Made by a program: the position numbers and the translations under genes
Notes under the pieces: model-generated
The model's input: the letters and a program-made list of their open reading frames with translations, nothing else
Databases searched by the model: none
What the model was told of the DNA's origin: nothing
Shown: one piece after another, positions 50,701 through 58,680 of the stretch
Position numbering within the stretch: position 1 is the first letter of the stretch
Layout of the letters: each line of letters begins with the position of its first letter
Assembly (NCBI GenBank): GCA_013265495.1
Contig: MU058781.1
Span: forward strand, 11,699,009-11,763,008
Length of the DNA stretch: 64,000 nt
Reading direction: 5' to 3'
DNA from: Vicugna vicugna
Taxonomy: Eukaryota

Positions 50701-53700
50701 TCATGACACATTATATTCCGTCCAGGCAAAGCTACTTACTGACTTACTTACTTATCTCGTTTTTATCTCGTTTCCCACTCTGATTTCCCTCACCTCCCCT
50801 TCAGGCTACCATTTGAATGTTTGTGCGAAATGTGTATAATATTGTATGGGTGCATCTTTAATGTATATAAATAGCTTTGGGTCTCCAATCTGTTTCTTAC
50901 TCTTTTTTCACTCATTACTATGTTTTTTAAGATTCATTCATGTTGCCACATGTACATCGAGACCACTTCCTCTAACTGCAGTTTACTATTCCACGGTCCA
51001 GCACGTTTTACTGACTCACTCTCCCAGTGGTGGACCCATAGGTTCCAAAACAAGATTTCTTCAGCATATAAACAGGAGTGGGATGGACAGTTCATGGTGT
51101 ATTCATAAACCCCCTCTGACTAATCACTGTCAAGATACTCTCCAGCATGGATGCAGCAGCCACACACCCACAACATGCATGAGGATTCCTGTAGCTTTAT
51201 ATCTCTGACGCATTTGGCATCATCTCAGTTTCTAACTTTTTATCAGTCAAAAAGATGTAAAGTAACACCTCATTGCTTTAGTTTGCAGTTTTCTGATAAT
51301 GAATGAGTTGAGTGTATCTTCATGTGCTTATTGACCTCTGGGGATTTTTCCTAAAATGCTAGTTCATGTCCTTTTTTCATTTTTTATAATTGGGTTTCCT
51401 ATCTTTTTCTTGTCAATTTACATTACTTCCTCCTATATGTTAGATAATAGACCCATGTTGGTTGTAAACATTGCAAAATAATCATCCAAATGATCATATG
51501 TCTTTTAACTTTGTCTATGGTGTCCTCCATTTAGCAAAAATCTTTGGTGTTGAGGAAATCATATTCACCAGATTTGTGTGTGGGTTGGGGGGAGGTTGCC
51601 CTTTAAGCTGTACTTTTGAAGTGTTATTTGAAGAGTCGAGAAGTGCCACCAGTCGCCAGGTCACAAAAAGATTCTATATTTCTTCTGTTATTTTTATAGT
51701 CGTGCCTTTTTCAGTTAGGCTACCCGCCCATGTGAAGCCCATCTTTACCAAGATGTATGAGGTGTTAAATATGGGTAAAAGCATGAGTTAGTCATACCCT
51801 TCTGCTAATAATTCAACTATCTTACAGAAACAACTCCAAACAAAGAGAAGCTCTTAAGCACAAAGATCACAGTTTCGGCTTTGATGGAAAAAGAAACTAC
51901 AAACAGCCTAAATTCCAACAACAGAGAAATAGCTAAATAAATTATTTAAGTTAATACTTAGTGTAAAATATACTTTAAAATTATGTATATACAGAATTTA
52001 ACATAATCTGACTAATATAATAATATTATTAAGACAACATGAAATAAAAATAACCTATAGAATAACTGTAATTATTTGCAAAAGTATGCCTAAAAAGATG
52101 ACTGGAAGGTGAAACAACCAGATAGAAGGTCAACAAGGAAACAGACAACTCAAAGAACAGTGTAAACCAACCAGACCTGACAAACATAGGCAGAACACAC
52201 CACCCAACAACAGAATACATACTCTTATCAAGTGCATGTGGAATATTCTCCGGTAGAGACCATATGTTAGGCCGTAAAACAAATTTCAATAAATTTAAAA
52301 GGATCAAAGTATACAAAGTCATACAAAGCATTGTCTCTGACCACAATGAAATGAAATTAGACACCAATAAGAGAAGAAAGCTGGAAAATTCACAAAAATG
52401 TAGAAATTAAACAACATACTTCTAAATACAAATGGTTTAAGAAAGAAATCACAAGAGAAATTAGCAAATACTTTGAGACGAATAAAAATGAAAACATAAC
52501 ATGCTGAAACGTATGAAACGCAGCTAAAACAGTTGCAGTGCATAACAGGAAATTAGATCTGGACACGCCTAAAATAAAAACAATCTCAAATAAAAACCCC
52601 AACGTTCCACCTTAAGAATTAAAAAAAGAGGAGCAAACCAAACCGAAAGCAAGTAGAAGGAAGGAAATAACAACAAAAACATTAGAGCTGAAATAAATGG
52701 ACTTGAGACTAGAAAAACGAGAAAATTAATGAAATCAAAAGTTAGTCCTTTGAAAAGATTAACAAAATTTACAAAGCTTTAGCTAGACTAGTCTAATGAA
52801 CGAGGAGATCTTTGGGAGAAAGCCTGCTTAGAATGTTCAGTGCTAATTATTTTAAAAAGACCCAGTGTCCACCGTTTAAAATCAGAATGTATCCAAAGCT
52901 TCAAGTGAGATTAGAAACAAGTGGACAAGAATGACCCCCCAGTAGCAGTAATAGCGGAACACATTGATCGACATTGATGGTATTTACCCAGTTCGTCTTG
53001 ACAGAAGCTGCCTGGAGGATTGATATACTTCATGGTGCTCACATCTAACTTCCAGTTGTGCTTTGTGCATCTAACAGACCTGGATGAAAAATTGTACTTA
53101 GGTTTGTGAAATAGTGAAAACATCATTTTTTAGGATTAAATGCATTATTTTGTGATGAAATTAAATAACTGTAATTGGTTGAACACAAAATACCTGAAAG
53201 GAAAACTATTAATAGCTAATATTCAAATATCCAAGGAAAAACAGACTAATCTTCAGTAGGTAATTTTAAGTGAAGATAACAACATGTCATAACATAATAT
53301 GTGTTGGAAGTCATCAAAAACCATCAGAATAAAGCCATCTTTAGGGAGGGTTCTCCATATACAAGCCAGGCTGGAGAAGATCCAACTAGGGGCCAAAATG
53401 AGGAAAGATTTCAGAACATGGTTGCTAGATAAAATACACGATGCCCAGTTAAATATGAATTTCAGATAGATAAATAATTTAAAACTGCTTCTCACACAAT
53501 ATTTGACATATACTAGAAATTTGTTGCTTATCTGCAATTGAAATTTAACTGAGTGTTCTGCATTTTAATTTGCTAACTCTGGCAACCCTCTTTCAGAATG
53601 AGAATCAGATTGTAGCAAAATTGGAGACTTAGTAATTTTTTTTTCTTTTTCACCAGATCGTTGAGGGGGATGTGGTAGTTGAAACTTGGGCATGAAAGTT

Positions 53701-56456
53701 TCATTTCTCATCTATTTTGACAGTGTCTCTAGTGAAGTCTAATTTTTAATAGTTAAAGCATTTTTTTTTTACAAATAGGTGTCAAACCAGAAACATCAGA
53801 TTTTTTTTAAACTAACAACATCTATTTTAACAGTAAACTATGCAATTTTTTTCCAGCTTCATTATATCATTAATTTTAAAATGCTCTTTTCTAGTAATAA
53901 GGCAAAAACATATTCCACACTTCGATTTATAGATTATTTTGTAATATCTCCTTTCTCAATGAATAGCCAACAACCTTTCAAAATCTGAGCATTCCAAATG
54001 CAGCTATTCAGCATTCTGGGTCATTTTAGGGAAAATGTGGCAGGATCCTAACTGTTCACAGGCAGCAGGTAGATAGCAGGGGGTGACAGCTTCAGGTGCA
54101 AGAGAGGCTGTGAAAACTGTTAGAGGTAAAACACGAGAACCGCAGCTTACGAGAGCGGCTGATCTTGATTATGTACGAAGAAGAAAAATGGCTGAGGTAG
54201 GGAGATCAGAATAGGTAGGTCATTACTCTTGCCTGTATTCTGGGGAAAAGAGATTCCTCGGGTGAATTGCTGCATGTTGAACCCAAGGAGAACCAGTCCT
54301 TGGGGGAGGAGAGGTGGATGGGGGAGGATAGCGTGTAAATTACTCCGGGGATGGAATTTCAGCGTATAAATGTTTGGTGAGCTGCATCGTGGACTAAAAC
54401 TGAGAGAACCTGGTTCCTCATGGGCAGGGGAGCTCAGCGTGTGATCTCCAGGTTAGCCTGCCAACACAACAGGGTGACAATAGGATCAATCATCTCCAAG
54501 GCTTTGGGTAAAAGAGAGAATGATGCCAGTCTGCGGCAAAGCAATCTCTAAGCTAAAATGGGCCAGCTAAGTTCAAGAACAATCTGAATTCCTGTAAACA
54601 ACCTCTGTTCCTAAGCGACACAAGAATCTCATGGCAGAGTAATAATACCAGTAAATGTAACTGACATTTGTTGAGTACTATCATACACCAGACATTGTTT
54701 CAAGTGTTTGAAATCAATCCTCTCAGCAGCCGGACAGAGTAGGTATTACTTTCATTTTATAGAGGCGAGGACGGAGGCCCAGAAAGGCTAAGAAGCTTTT
54801 CCAAGGTCGTGGAGCTGGTAAGTGGTAGGGCCAGCCTTCTAACCGGGCAGTCTAAGAGGAATGACCACGCTCTTAATCATGAAATGGTGACAGTTCCTTA
54901 AACCGCCGGCTAAGTGTGCACCAAAGGAGAGAAAAGGAGAAAGGAAAAGCAGAGTGCTAGTTCTGCAGCAGTTGGAAGAATTCAAGGTCCGCCAGTGCCT
55001 GCAGAAGCTCACAAGTGACTGAACTGCCCACGTCTGAGGCTTCCCTAACTTGAATCCACTGGGAAGATGGAAGGGACTCAAAACGGGGCTGTCAGCTAAT
55101 AACCAAGAGGTTCTCCGAGAGTGGAGTTGCCAGCTAAAGGTGTCCCCCACGCAATACCTGGAATATATCTATACTAAAAAATATATTCGTTGCTTATCTG
55201 AAATGCAAGTTTAACTGGGTGCCTTCTATTTTTATTTGCCCAATCTAGCAACCCTGTCTAGGGAGCCAAGCAAGCTACAGATGCAATAGCGTTTAACATT
55301 TAAAAACCTTATAATGTGTGGGCTAGGCCCTTGAAACTAAGTATGCAGTGAAGCAAATCTGTGTGCAAGTACTCTAGACTGTTGCTGGTGTTGAGCATCA
55401 GACTGGCAAAGCATCCCCCACCCCGAACCCTCCGTGGCTCTGTCAGGCAGTGCTGCTCTCTCTTTGACAGTCCTGTCCTGGTACTGCTTCTGAACTGGGA
55501 GGAGGGGCTACTCGCACTGAGTTCTTCCAAGAAATGATCAGAAGAGCCACTGTTCAGGGCAGGTACAGTGGAGGTGGGGGTGAGCTCTACCATTTTTGGT
55601 TTTTAATCACAACGAGGCTGTCAGGGAAATTCTATCTGCTCTCCAGCAGTGTTTAGAAAAGTACCCACTCTGGGGAAGTAGGAAAGGAAACCAAAAGAAG
55701 CCTGAGTCTTTGAATATCAAAGCCAGTAAACACACCCACCCACTCAGACACACGTATCTTTGAAGTTTCACTTCTATCAAGCTAGGAATAAATTTTAAAT
55801 TAGAGTTCTTAAGAGAGACAGAAAAAAATTAAGTAAAGGTCCTAACATTCTGAGATCAGAGAGATGCCCTAAAGGAGCATAAGGAAAATTTATGCACTTG
55901 TTAGGGGGAATAATTTGCTGATTGGTTCATTTAAAATTTCTCAACGAGCTCAAATCTAACTGTATAAAGGGTCCTCAGGGAGAAAGCAAAGGACTCTTGG
56001 TACCTTCCATCTAAATCCTCGATATCTTTTATGAACAGGCCTCCTTGGTGCTTGCACATATTCTTACAGGCTCTCAGGTGGCTCTTTTTCTTATACAAGA
56101 TGTAATCTTTGCCAGTGCTCTTATTTCGAACAAAATTGATCCCTTCCTTGAGACCGGCAGCTTCAGCAGGCGAGAGACACAACAGGATCTCAGTTGTTTG
56201 TTCGAGGCTACAAAAAGGCAAAGATTTTGAGAGGAAAGCTGGATGATGTTAGGTTTCAAGAGAGAATCATTTGGCATTGACAGCTCAAAACCTCTTTTCA
56301 ATTAAAATACTTTTTATGCCCCTCCCTCCAAGTGATCCAAGCTTGGTGTTTACCTGATGGCATTTTCCTCCCCTCCTTTAAATGCACCACCTGCTGGTGG
56401 AGGGTTCTTTTCTGCTTTCCCAGAGAGCTAATGCCACCCCTCACTTGCCTGCCCAT
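17750..56456 (-). CDS. CMAH: CMP-N-acetylneuraminic acid hydroxylase, complete CDS: join(56449-56456,56004-56207,52988-53079,45524-45633,44103-44293,39905-40052,39501-39582,38428-38565,35901-36036,32431-32571,29042-29216,27350-27466,22570-22685,20004-20100,17750-17755), 586 aa
   Basis: Exon translations match mammalian CMAH from MGSLEQTTEILLCLSP to FWNHFQIKLPLTPPNW. Lengths 8+204+92+110+191+148+82+138+136+141+175+117+116+97+6 = 1761 nt, with consistent phases and no internal stop. All acceptors are AG; 13 donors are GT and one is GC. Confidence 0.97.
19440..19685 (-). mobile_element. L1 3'UTR fragment
   Basis: cccctctggtaaccaccagttcattctctacatctat...tagattccaggtataagtgaaatc. Confidence 0.8.
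20004..20100 (-). CDS. CMAH: CMAH coding exon 14
   Basis: cttttacag|G TTT TGG AAC...TCC CAA|gtaaag. Encodes FWNHFQIKLPLTPPNWKFFLTCYEQSRAEISQ. The start is certain; the donor is less so. Confidence 0.9.
21205..21352 (+). mobile_element. Cetartiodactyl L1 3' end
   Basis: gggaactatattcaatatcttgtagtaacc...gctgtacaccagaaattgacacattataac. Confidence 0.85.
21965..22100 (-). mobile_element. Camelid SINE
   Basis: ggtaattagg...atggaggtactggtattgaacccagg...ctctaccactgagctataccctccc. Confidence 0.85.
22570..22685 (-). CDS. CMAH: CMAH coding exon 13
   Basis: ctgtttcag|ATT CGG AGC...CAC CT|gtaagt. Encodes IRSRVDVIRHVVKNGLLWDDLYIGFQTRLQRDPDIYHH. Confidence 0.97.
23750..24480 (-). mobile_element. L2 fragment
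   Basis: Purine-rich antisense-L2 pattern (gtttctagctggg...ttttggagtcattagc...gagaagaagag). Confidence 0.6.
26085..26330 (+). mobile_element. MIR SINE
   Basis: agactttggagctag...tgaccttgggcaggttatttaacctc...catctgaaaatggggagtataataat. Confidence 0.8.
27283..27326. repeat. Imperfect (GGAA)n microsatellite
   Basis: gaaggaaggaaggcaggaaggaagggaggaaggaaggaaaggag. Confidence 0.9.
27350..27466 (-). CDS. CMAH: CMAH coding exon 12
   Basis: tttgcacag|ATG ATT GAG...GAG GAA|gtaagc. Encodes MIETDEDFNPFPGGYDYLVDFLDLSFPKERPSREHPYEE. Confidence 0.97.
29042..29216 (-). CDS. CMAH: CMAH coding exon 11
   Basis: gtctttaag|C AAA GGC...GTC AGG|gtatgc. Encodes KGIIEPPEGTKIYKDSWDFGPYLEILNAAVGDEIFLHASWIKEYFTWAGFKDYNLVVR. 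Confidence 0.97.
30095..30660 (+). mobile_element. L2 3' fragment
   Basis: Ends tgcctggtatacagaaggagctcaataaatcatttctgaatgaatg, followed by further L2-like sequence. Confidence 0.6.
30850..30992. mobile_element. MER5-type hAT-Charlie element
   Basis: agatctactgaatcagaatttcagggggtggagtccaggaatctgcattt. Confidence 0.75.
31229..31475. mobile_element. Non-autonomous hAT-Charlie-type MER
   Basis: ctttcaaacttcttgcccatgatcccagtaaaatttatattttacatc...ctgcttcattttttaaagtgttggttgtg. Subfamily not named. Confidence 0.5.
32431..32571 (-). CDS. CMAH: CMAH coding exon 10
   Basis: atttctcag|G TAT ATT...GAC AG|gtttgg. Encodes YIKETNIKNDPNELNNLIKKNSDVVTWTPRPGATLDLGRMLKDPTD. Confidence 0.96.
33325..33420 (+). 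mobile_element. MLT1 LTR 3' fragment
   Basis: cactagacaccaaatctgccagcaccttgatcttggactttt...aataaatttctgttgtttataaccc. Confidence 0.8.
34300..34935 (+). mobile_element. L2 3' fragment
   Basis: ggataaaatccaag...ctcaataaataataaatgaataaatgaatga tail. Confidence 0.65.
35901..36036 (-). CDS. CMAH: CMAH coding exon 9
   Basis: gtcgttccag|AG GAA TGG...GAC AA|gtatgg. Encodes EEWKAQFIKTERKKLLNYKARLVKDLQPRIYCPFAGYFVESHPSD. Confidence 0.97.
36415..37130. mobile_element. MIR (+, about 36415-36550) followed by an L2 3' end (-, about 36560-37130)
   Basis: MIR core ctctgtaaaatggg, then cattcattcatttg...ttattgagcacctactacatgccag. Confidence 0.7.
37809..37954. other. Assembly gap (146 N) inside an L1 3' fragment in a CMAH intron
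   Basis: Run of n. No CMAH exon is missing, since the phases close across it. Confidence 1.
38428..38565 (-). CDS. CMAH: CMAH coding exon 8 (138 nt, phase 1-1)
   Basis: tttccacag|GT CAT AAA...TTT ACT G|gtaata. Encodes HKILNTVDCTRPNGGRLPMKVDLMMSDFAGGASGFPMTFSGGKFT. Confidence 0.97.
39259..39409 (+). mobile_element. Camelid SINE with 15-bp target-site duplication
   Basis: TSD tgaacataggatgaa at 39242-39256 and 39410-39424. Confidence 0.93.
39501..39582 (-). CDS. CMAH: CMAH coding exon 7
   Basis: aaattccag|GTG GAC...TAC AAA G|gtattt. Encodes VDRNLRFMILMDGVHPEMDTCIIVEYK. Confidence 0.96.
39905..40052 (-). CDS. CMAH: CMAH coding exon 6
   Basis: tgatcctag|T TAC CCC...CAG CAG|gtcgga. Encodes YPTLKKLAERRSDIPIYVGNTERPVFWNLNRSGVQLTNIHVVPFGIWQQ. 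Confidence 0.96.
41595..41770 (+). mobile_element. Camelid SINE with 14-bp TSD and (AAT)n tail
   Basis: TSD aaaaagtaagggtc at 41580-41593 and 41771-41784. Confidence 0.93.
42885..43189 (+). mobile_element. MER58B-type hAT-Charlie element
   Basis: cagg...ggtaaac start, cataaataagattttatttgg core, cctttatagaaagggtgtgctgactccag end. Confidence 0.8.
43203..43365 (-). mobile_element. Cetartiodactyl L1 3' end
   Basis: caagatattgaatatagttccctgtgctctacagaagaaacttgttg. Confidence 0.85.
43550..43930 (+). mobile_element. Cetartiodactyl L1 3' end
   Basis: gcagcaacatggatggacctggagatcgtc...gcacagggaactatattcaatatc...aacattgtaaactg. Confidence 0.9.
44103..44293 (-). CDS. CMAH: CMAH coding exon 5 (HxHxDH metal-binding motif)
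   Basis: cttccaacag|GTA ACG TAC...CAC CTG AG|gtaatg. Encodes VTYLTHACMDLKLGDKRMVFDPWLIGPAFARGWWLLHEPPSDWLERLCQADLIYISHMHSDHL. Confidence 0.97.
45524..45633 (-). CDS. CMAH: CMAH coding exon 4
   Basis: ggttctag|TT GTA GAA...GTA CAG|gtaaga. Encodes VVEKDKENGLLLLELNPPNPWDSDPRSPEDLAFGEVQ. Confidence 0.97.
46280..46995 (+). mobile_element. MaLR LTR (MLT1H/I/J-like), interrupted by a SINE
   Basis: tgtggcag start, ttcccagacccccttgca, end ttttctattacaaaagctgaaagcaatacctaactg. Confidence 0.7.
46785..46921 (+). mobile_element. Camelid SINE nested in an MLT1 LTR, 14-bp TSD
   Basis: TSD gaaaaacaccttct at 46770-46783 and 46922-46935; (GAAA)n tail. Confidence 0.92.
47650..48070 (+). mobile_element. L2 3' fragment
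   Basis: ctgtgagctccatgaaatctgggattgtggtttgtttgctgctgtatcaacagtgtgcc. Confidence 0.6.
48270..48770 (+). mobile_element. ERVL LTR (LTR33-like)
   Basis: ccaggaggttgactt...gagtttggccattgggaagcccc...aaacccccaattggaggatgccatctgttttcc. Confidence 0.65.
49515..49798 (+). mobile_element. Cetartiodactyl L1 3' end
   Basis: atataaaatagataaacaacaaggacctactgtatagtacagggaac...aatcaactacacttcaataaaa plus poly-A. Confidence 0.9.
50790..51750 (-). mobile_element. Old L1 (L1M) 3' region
   Basis: ttcattcatgttgccacatgt...gcatgaggattcctgtagctttatatctctgacgcatttggc...tcatgtgcttattgacc. Confidence 0.75.
51950..52800 (+). mobile_element. L1 ORF2 endonuclease-region fragment
   Basis: acagaatacatactcttatcaagtgcatgtggaatattctccggtagagaccatatgttaggccgtaaaac corresponds to degenerate TEYTFFSSAHGTFSRIDHMLGHK. 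Confidence 0.85.
52988..53079 (-). CDS. CMAH: CMAH coding exon 3, the 92-bp exon (Rieske CxxH)
   Basis: tttcatccag|G TCT GTT AGA TGC ACA AAG CAC...GAA CTG G|gtaaat. Encodes SVRCTKHNWKLDVSTMKYINPPGSFCQDEL; exactly 92 nt. Confidence 0.98.
53417..53589. mobile_element. MER53 palindromic hAT MITE
   Basis: ggttgctagataaaatacacgatgcccagttaaatatgaatttcagat...ttaactgagtgttctgcattttaatttgctaactctggcaaccct. Confidence 0.85.
55125..55258. mobile_element. MER53, mostly one arm
   Basis: tatactaaaaaatatattcgttgcttatctgaaatgcaagtttaactggg...aatctagcaaccctg. Confidence 0.8.
56004..56207 (-). CDS. CMAH: CMAH coding exon 2 (Rieske CxH)
   Basis: tttttgtag|C CTC GAA...GAT GGA AG|gtacca. Encodes LEQTTEILLCLSPAEAAGLKEGINFVRNKSTGKDYILYKKKSHLRACKNMCKHQGGLFIKDIEDLDG. 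Confidence 0.97.
56384..56397 (-). promoter_or_regulatory. CTCF-type motif CCAGCAGGTGGTGC in the first CMAH coding intron
   Basis: One mismatch to the consensus (C>T at a CpG position). Confidence 0.4.
56449..56456 (-). CDS. CMAH: CMAH coding exon 1 (ATG GGC AG), part of a 35-nt exon 56449-56483
   Basis: Minus strand reads ttcttttaag|ATACCCAG...GACT ATG GGC AG|gcaagtga. It joins C CTC GAA of the next exon to give MGSLEQ. Confidence 0.88.
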
Positions 56457-56483
56457 AGTCTGTCGTTGCTTCTCTCTGGGTAT

Positions 56484-56605
56484 CTTAAAAGAATGACAGT
56501 TGCTCGTTCCCCTCCAATGACTTAGTTGCTCCTACAAGGCATTAGTCAGGGGGAGGAAGAGGATGTGTGACTCAATAGTTCCGGTTGATTCTGCTTCCGT
56601 CCTCT
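56484..56605 (-). promoter_or_regulatory. Proximal CMAH promoter / extended 5' UTR region
   Basis: Directly upstream of the ATG exon: AP-1 TGACTCA 56568-56574, ETS cores CCGGAA 56579-56584 and CGGAAG 56594-56599, and an AP-1-like TTAGTCA 56542-56548. Confidence 0.5.
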
Positions 56606-56610
56606 ACATC

Positions 56611-57150
56611 TTTTTTATTTTATCTTATTTTTTATATTTTTAATTAAACATTTTTTTAAATCAAAATACGATCAGTTTACAATGTTGCATTAATTTTTGG
56701 TGTACAGCATAATGTTTCAGTCATACATATACATACATATATTCCTTTTCATATTCTTTTTCATTATAGGTTACTACAAGATATTGAATATAGTTCCCTG
56801 TGCTCTTCAGTAGAAACTTGTGTTTATTTATTTTATAGATAGTAGTTATATCTGCTATATAGTTTCTATAGAGGAGCATCTGCAAATCTCAAACTCCCGA
56901 TTTATTTTAGAATCTCTTTTAGAAGCCAAATTCCATATTGAGTTTCAGGAATCCCTGGCTCTCCTTTTCAATTCCCCTTCTCTCCACCACCTGCCTCTGA
57001 TAAACACAAATCTGATCTCTTTCTCTCTGAGTTTGTTTTTGAAGTATAATTGACTTACAACACTGTGTTAGTCCCTGATACACGACGTAGTGATTTGCTA
57101 TTTCTATACATTAAAAAATGATTACCCTGATCAGGCTACTTACCATAAAT
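56611..57150 (-). mobile_element. L1 3' end(s) immediately upstream of the CMAH ATG exon
   Basis: T-rich tail, then ttactacaagatattgaatatagttccctgtgct and catctgcaaatctcaaactccc. A second, older L1 piece starts near 57030. Confidence 0.85.
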
Positions 57151-58571
57151 CTAGCACTTTTTAACGTATAAATGTGTATGATTATTCTGGAGAACACTAT
57201 AACCTAGTACCTATGCACTGCCCTGTTTACTTGCACACAGATGCTTTTAAAAACCCTGCTTCTCTCTCCCACCACATAGCAGACTCCCTATAATGTAGTA
57301 TGTCGTTAAGAGCTAGCTACTTAAAGAATTAACCAACCGCACTCAATTTGAATGATTTATAAAAAGCTCCAGCAGGAAGGAAGCATTGGCTCTTTCCTGT
57401 TTTTTACAAGAAAACTGCAACCATCACATTTCTCAAACCCCAGTCTTTGAGTAGACTCTGTTTACGATGCAACTCTGAATCATAATGGAATATAATTTTT
57501 GCCAAGAGGGGTTTGGCATATCTATGGTACAAAATCTGGGTGCCTGTTGTTAATTCTACATTCCACTCCAAATCAAAAGTGGTCAAAATTCTTTTATGTG
57601 TTCACTTAAAATTGATTTGGAGCTCATGTGTGACACTTTTGCGTTTGTTTTTGGAAGTGCAGTAACAGGGAAGCTGCTTCCAATTTTATTTTATTTTATT
57701 ATCAAATTGTAGTTGATATTTATTTTTGATTGAAGTATAGTTCATCTTCCAATTTTAAATTGAGAAGGCATAGCTCCATACTTGAGTACGAGATATTTCT
57801 TTGAAGCAGATTGTCACTTCTATCCCAAGTCCCTGATAATTCTGTTCACAGTAAACTTGAAATGTTTCCAAATATATGTTTTAAATGTCTTTGATAGAAA
57901 GGAATCCATATTAAGCTTCATGAATTTCTTATATCTTTGTTCGTATGAATACAAATATCTGACACCAAGCCAAAGTAAGCACTGATACAGTTTTTAGAAT
58001 AATGAGCCTAAAAATATAAAAAGAAAACCTCTCTAAATATTTTTGTTTTACTTGATTGAAAGAACCACTTAGCCAAAGTTCTGGGTTAGATTCTAAGGCT
58101 TTGCATGCACTGTGTGAAACAGGTTGAACTAACCATATCTTTGTTTCTCAGTTTCTCAGTGGGCTCATATTGGAAACTAAGGCAAAATTTTTAAATGTAC
58201 ATTCCTATATACATGCTTTTGTGTATTTTTTAATCATTAGTTTTCCTCAAAAGTTGATTTTAAAACTATATTCATGAATTTGATTCCATTAAAACCAGAA
58301 AAATAAAATTTAAGGAAATTCTGGTTTGGGTCTAAATAAAATATTTAAACTTAAAATGATGAGAATTTTAGTATAGCTGCTCTTCAACATTTCAATATTT
58401 TTCAAATAGTTTAATGTTCTTGGGGAAAAAAACCATTAAAAAATAAACAAAAACATTTATATATGGACATACTTTTTTCCTTTTGCCTCAGACTTGGTAT
58501 TGTGGCATGGTAGTGTGGCTGCCTGTGTTTAAAATTTTGATATTTTGCTTGTCATGGAATTTTGACTTTAG

Positions 58572-58680
58572 TTTTTTTTTTTTTTTTAAATATTATGTTA
58601 TTTAATGGAGGTACTGGGAATTGAACCCAGGACCTCATGCACACTAGGCATGCGCTCTACCACTGAGCTATACCCTCCCC
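58572..58680 (-). mobile_element. Camelid SINE
   Basis: Poly-T followed by atggaggtactgggaattgaacccagg...ctctaccactgagctataccctcccc. Confidence 0.9.

Noticed and set aside
52029-52602. Hydrophobic minus-strand ORFs of 70-112 aa
   Set aside because: Antisense of A-rich L1 ORF2.
55309-55593. 94-aa intronic ORF with ATG in good Kozak context
   Set aside because: Ser/Thr-rich, no recognisable domain and no poly-A or splice support; length within chance expectation.
55931-56221. ORF-track start MPFCSLEQ as the CMAH N-terminus
   Set aside because: It begins at a TTG inside the acceptor tract. The real ATG is in the upstream exon across the GC-AG intron.
56449-56456. Possible N-myristoylation signal (MGSLEQT)
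   Set aside because: Position 6 is Gln rather than Ser/Thr, and Gly2 is not conserved in my recollection of pig and mouse.
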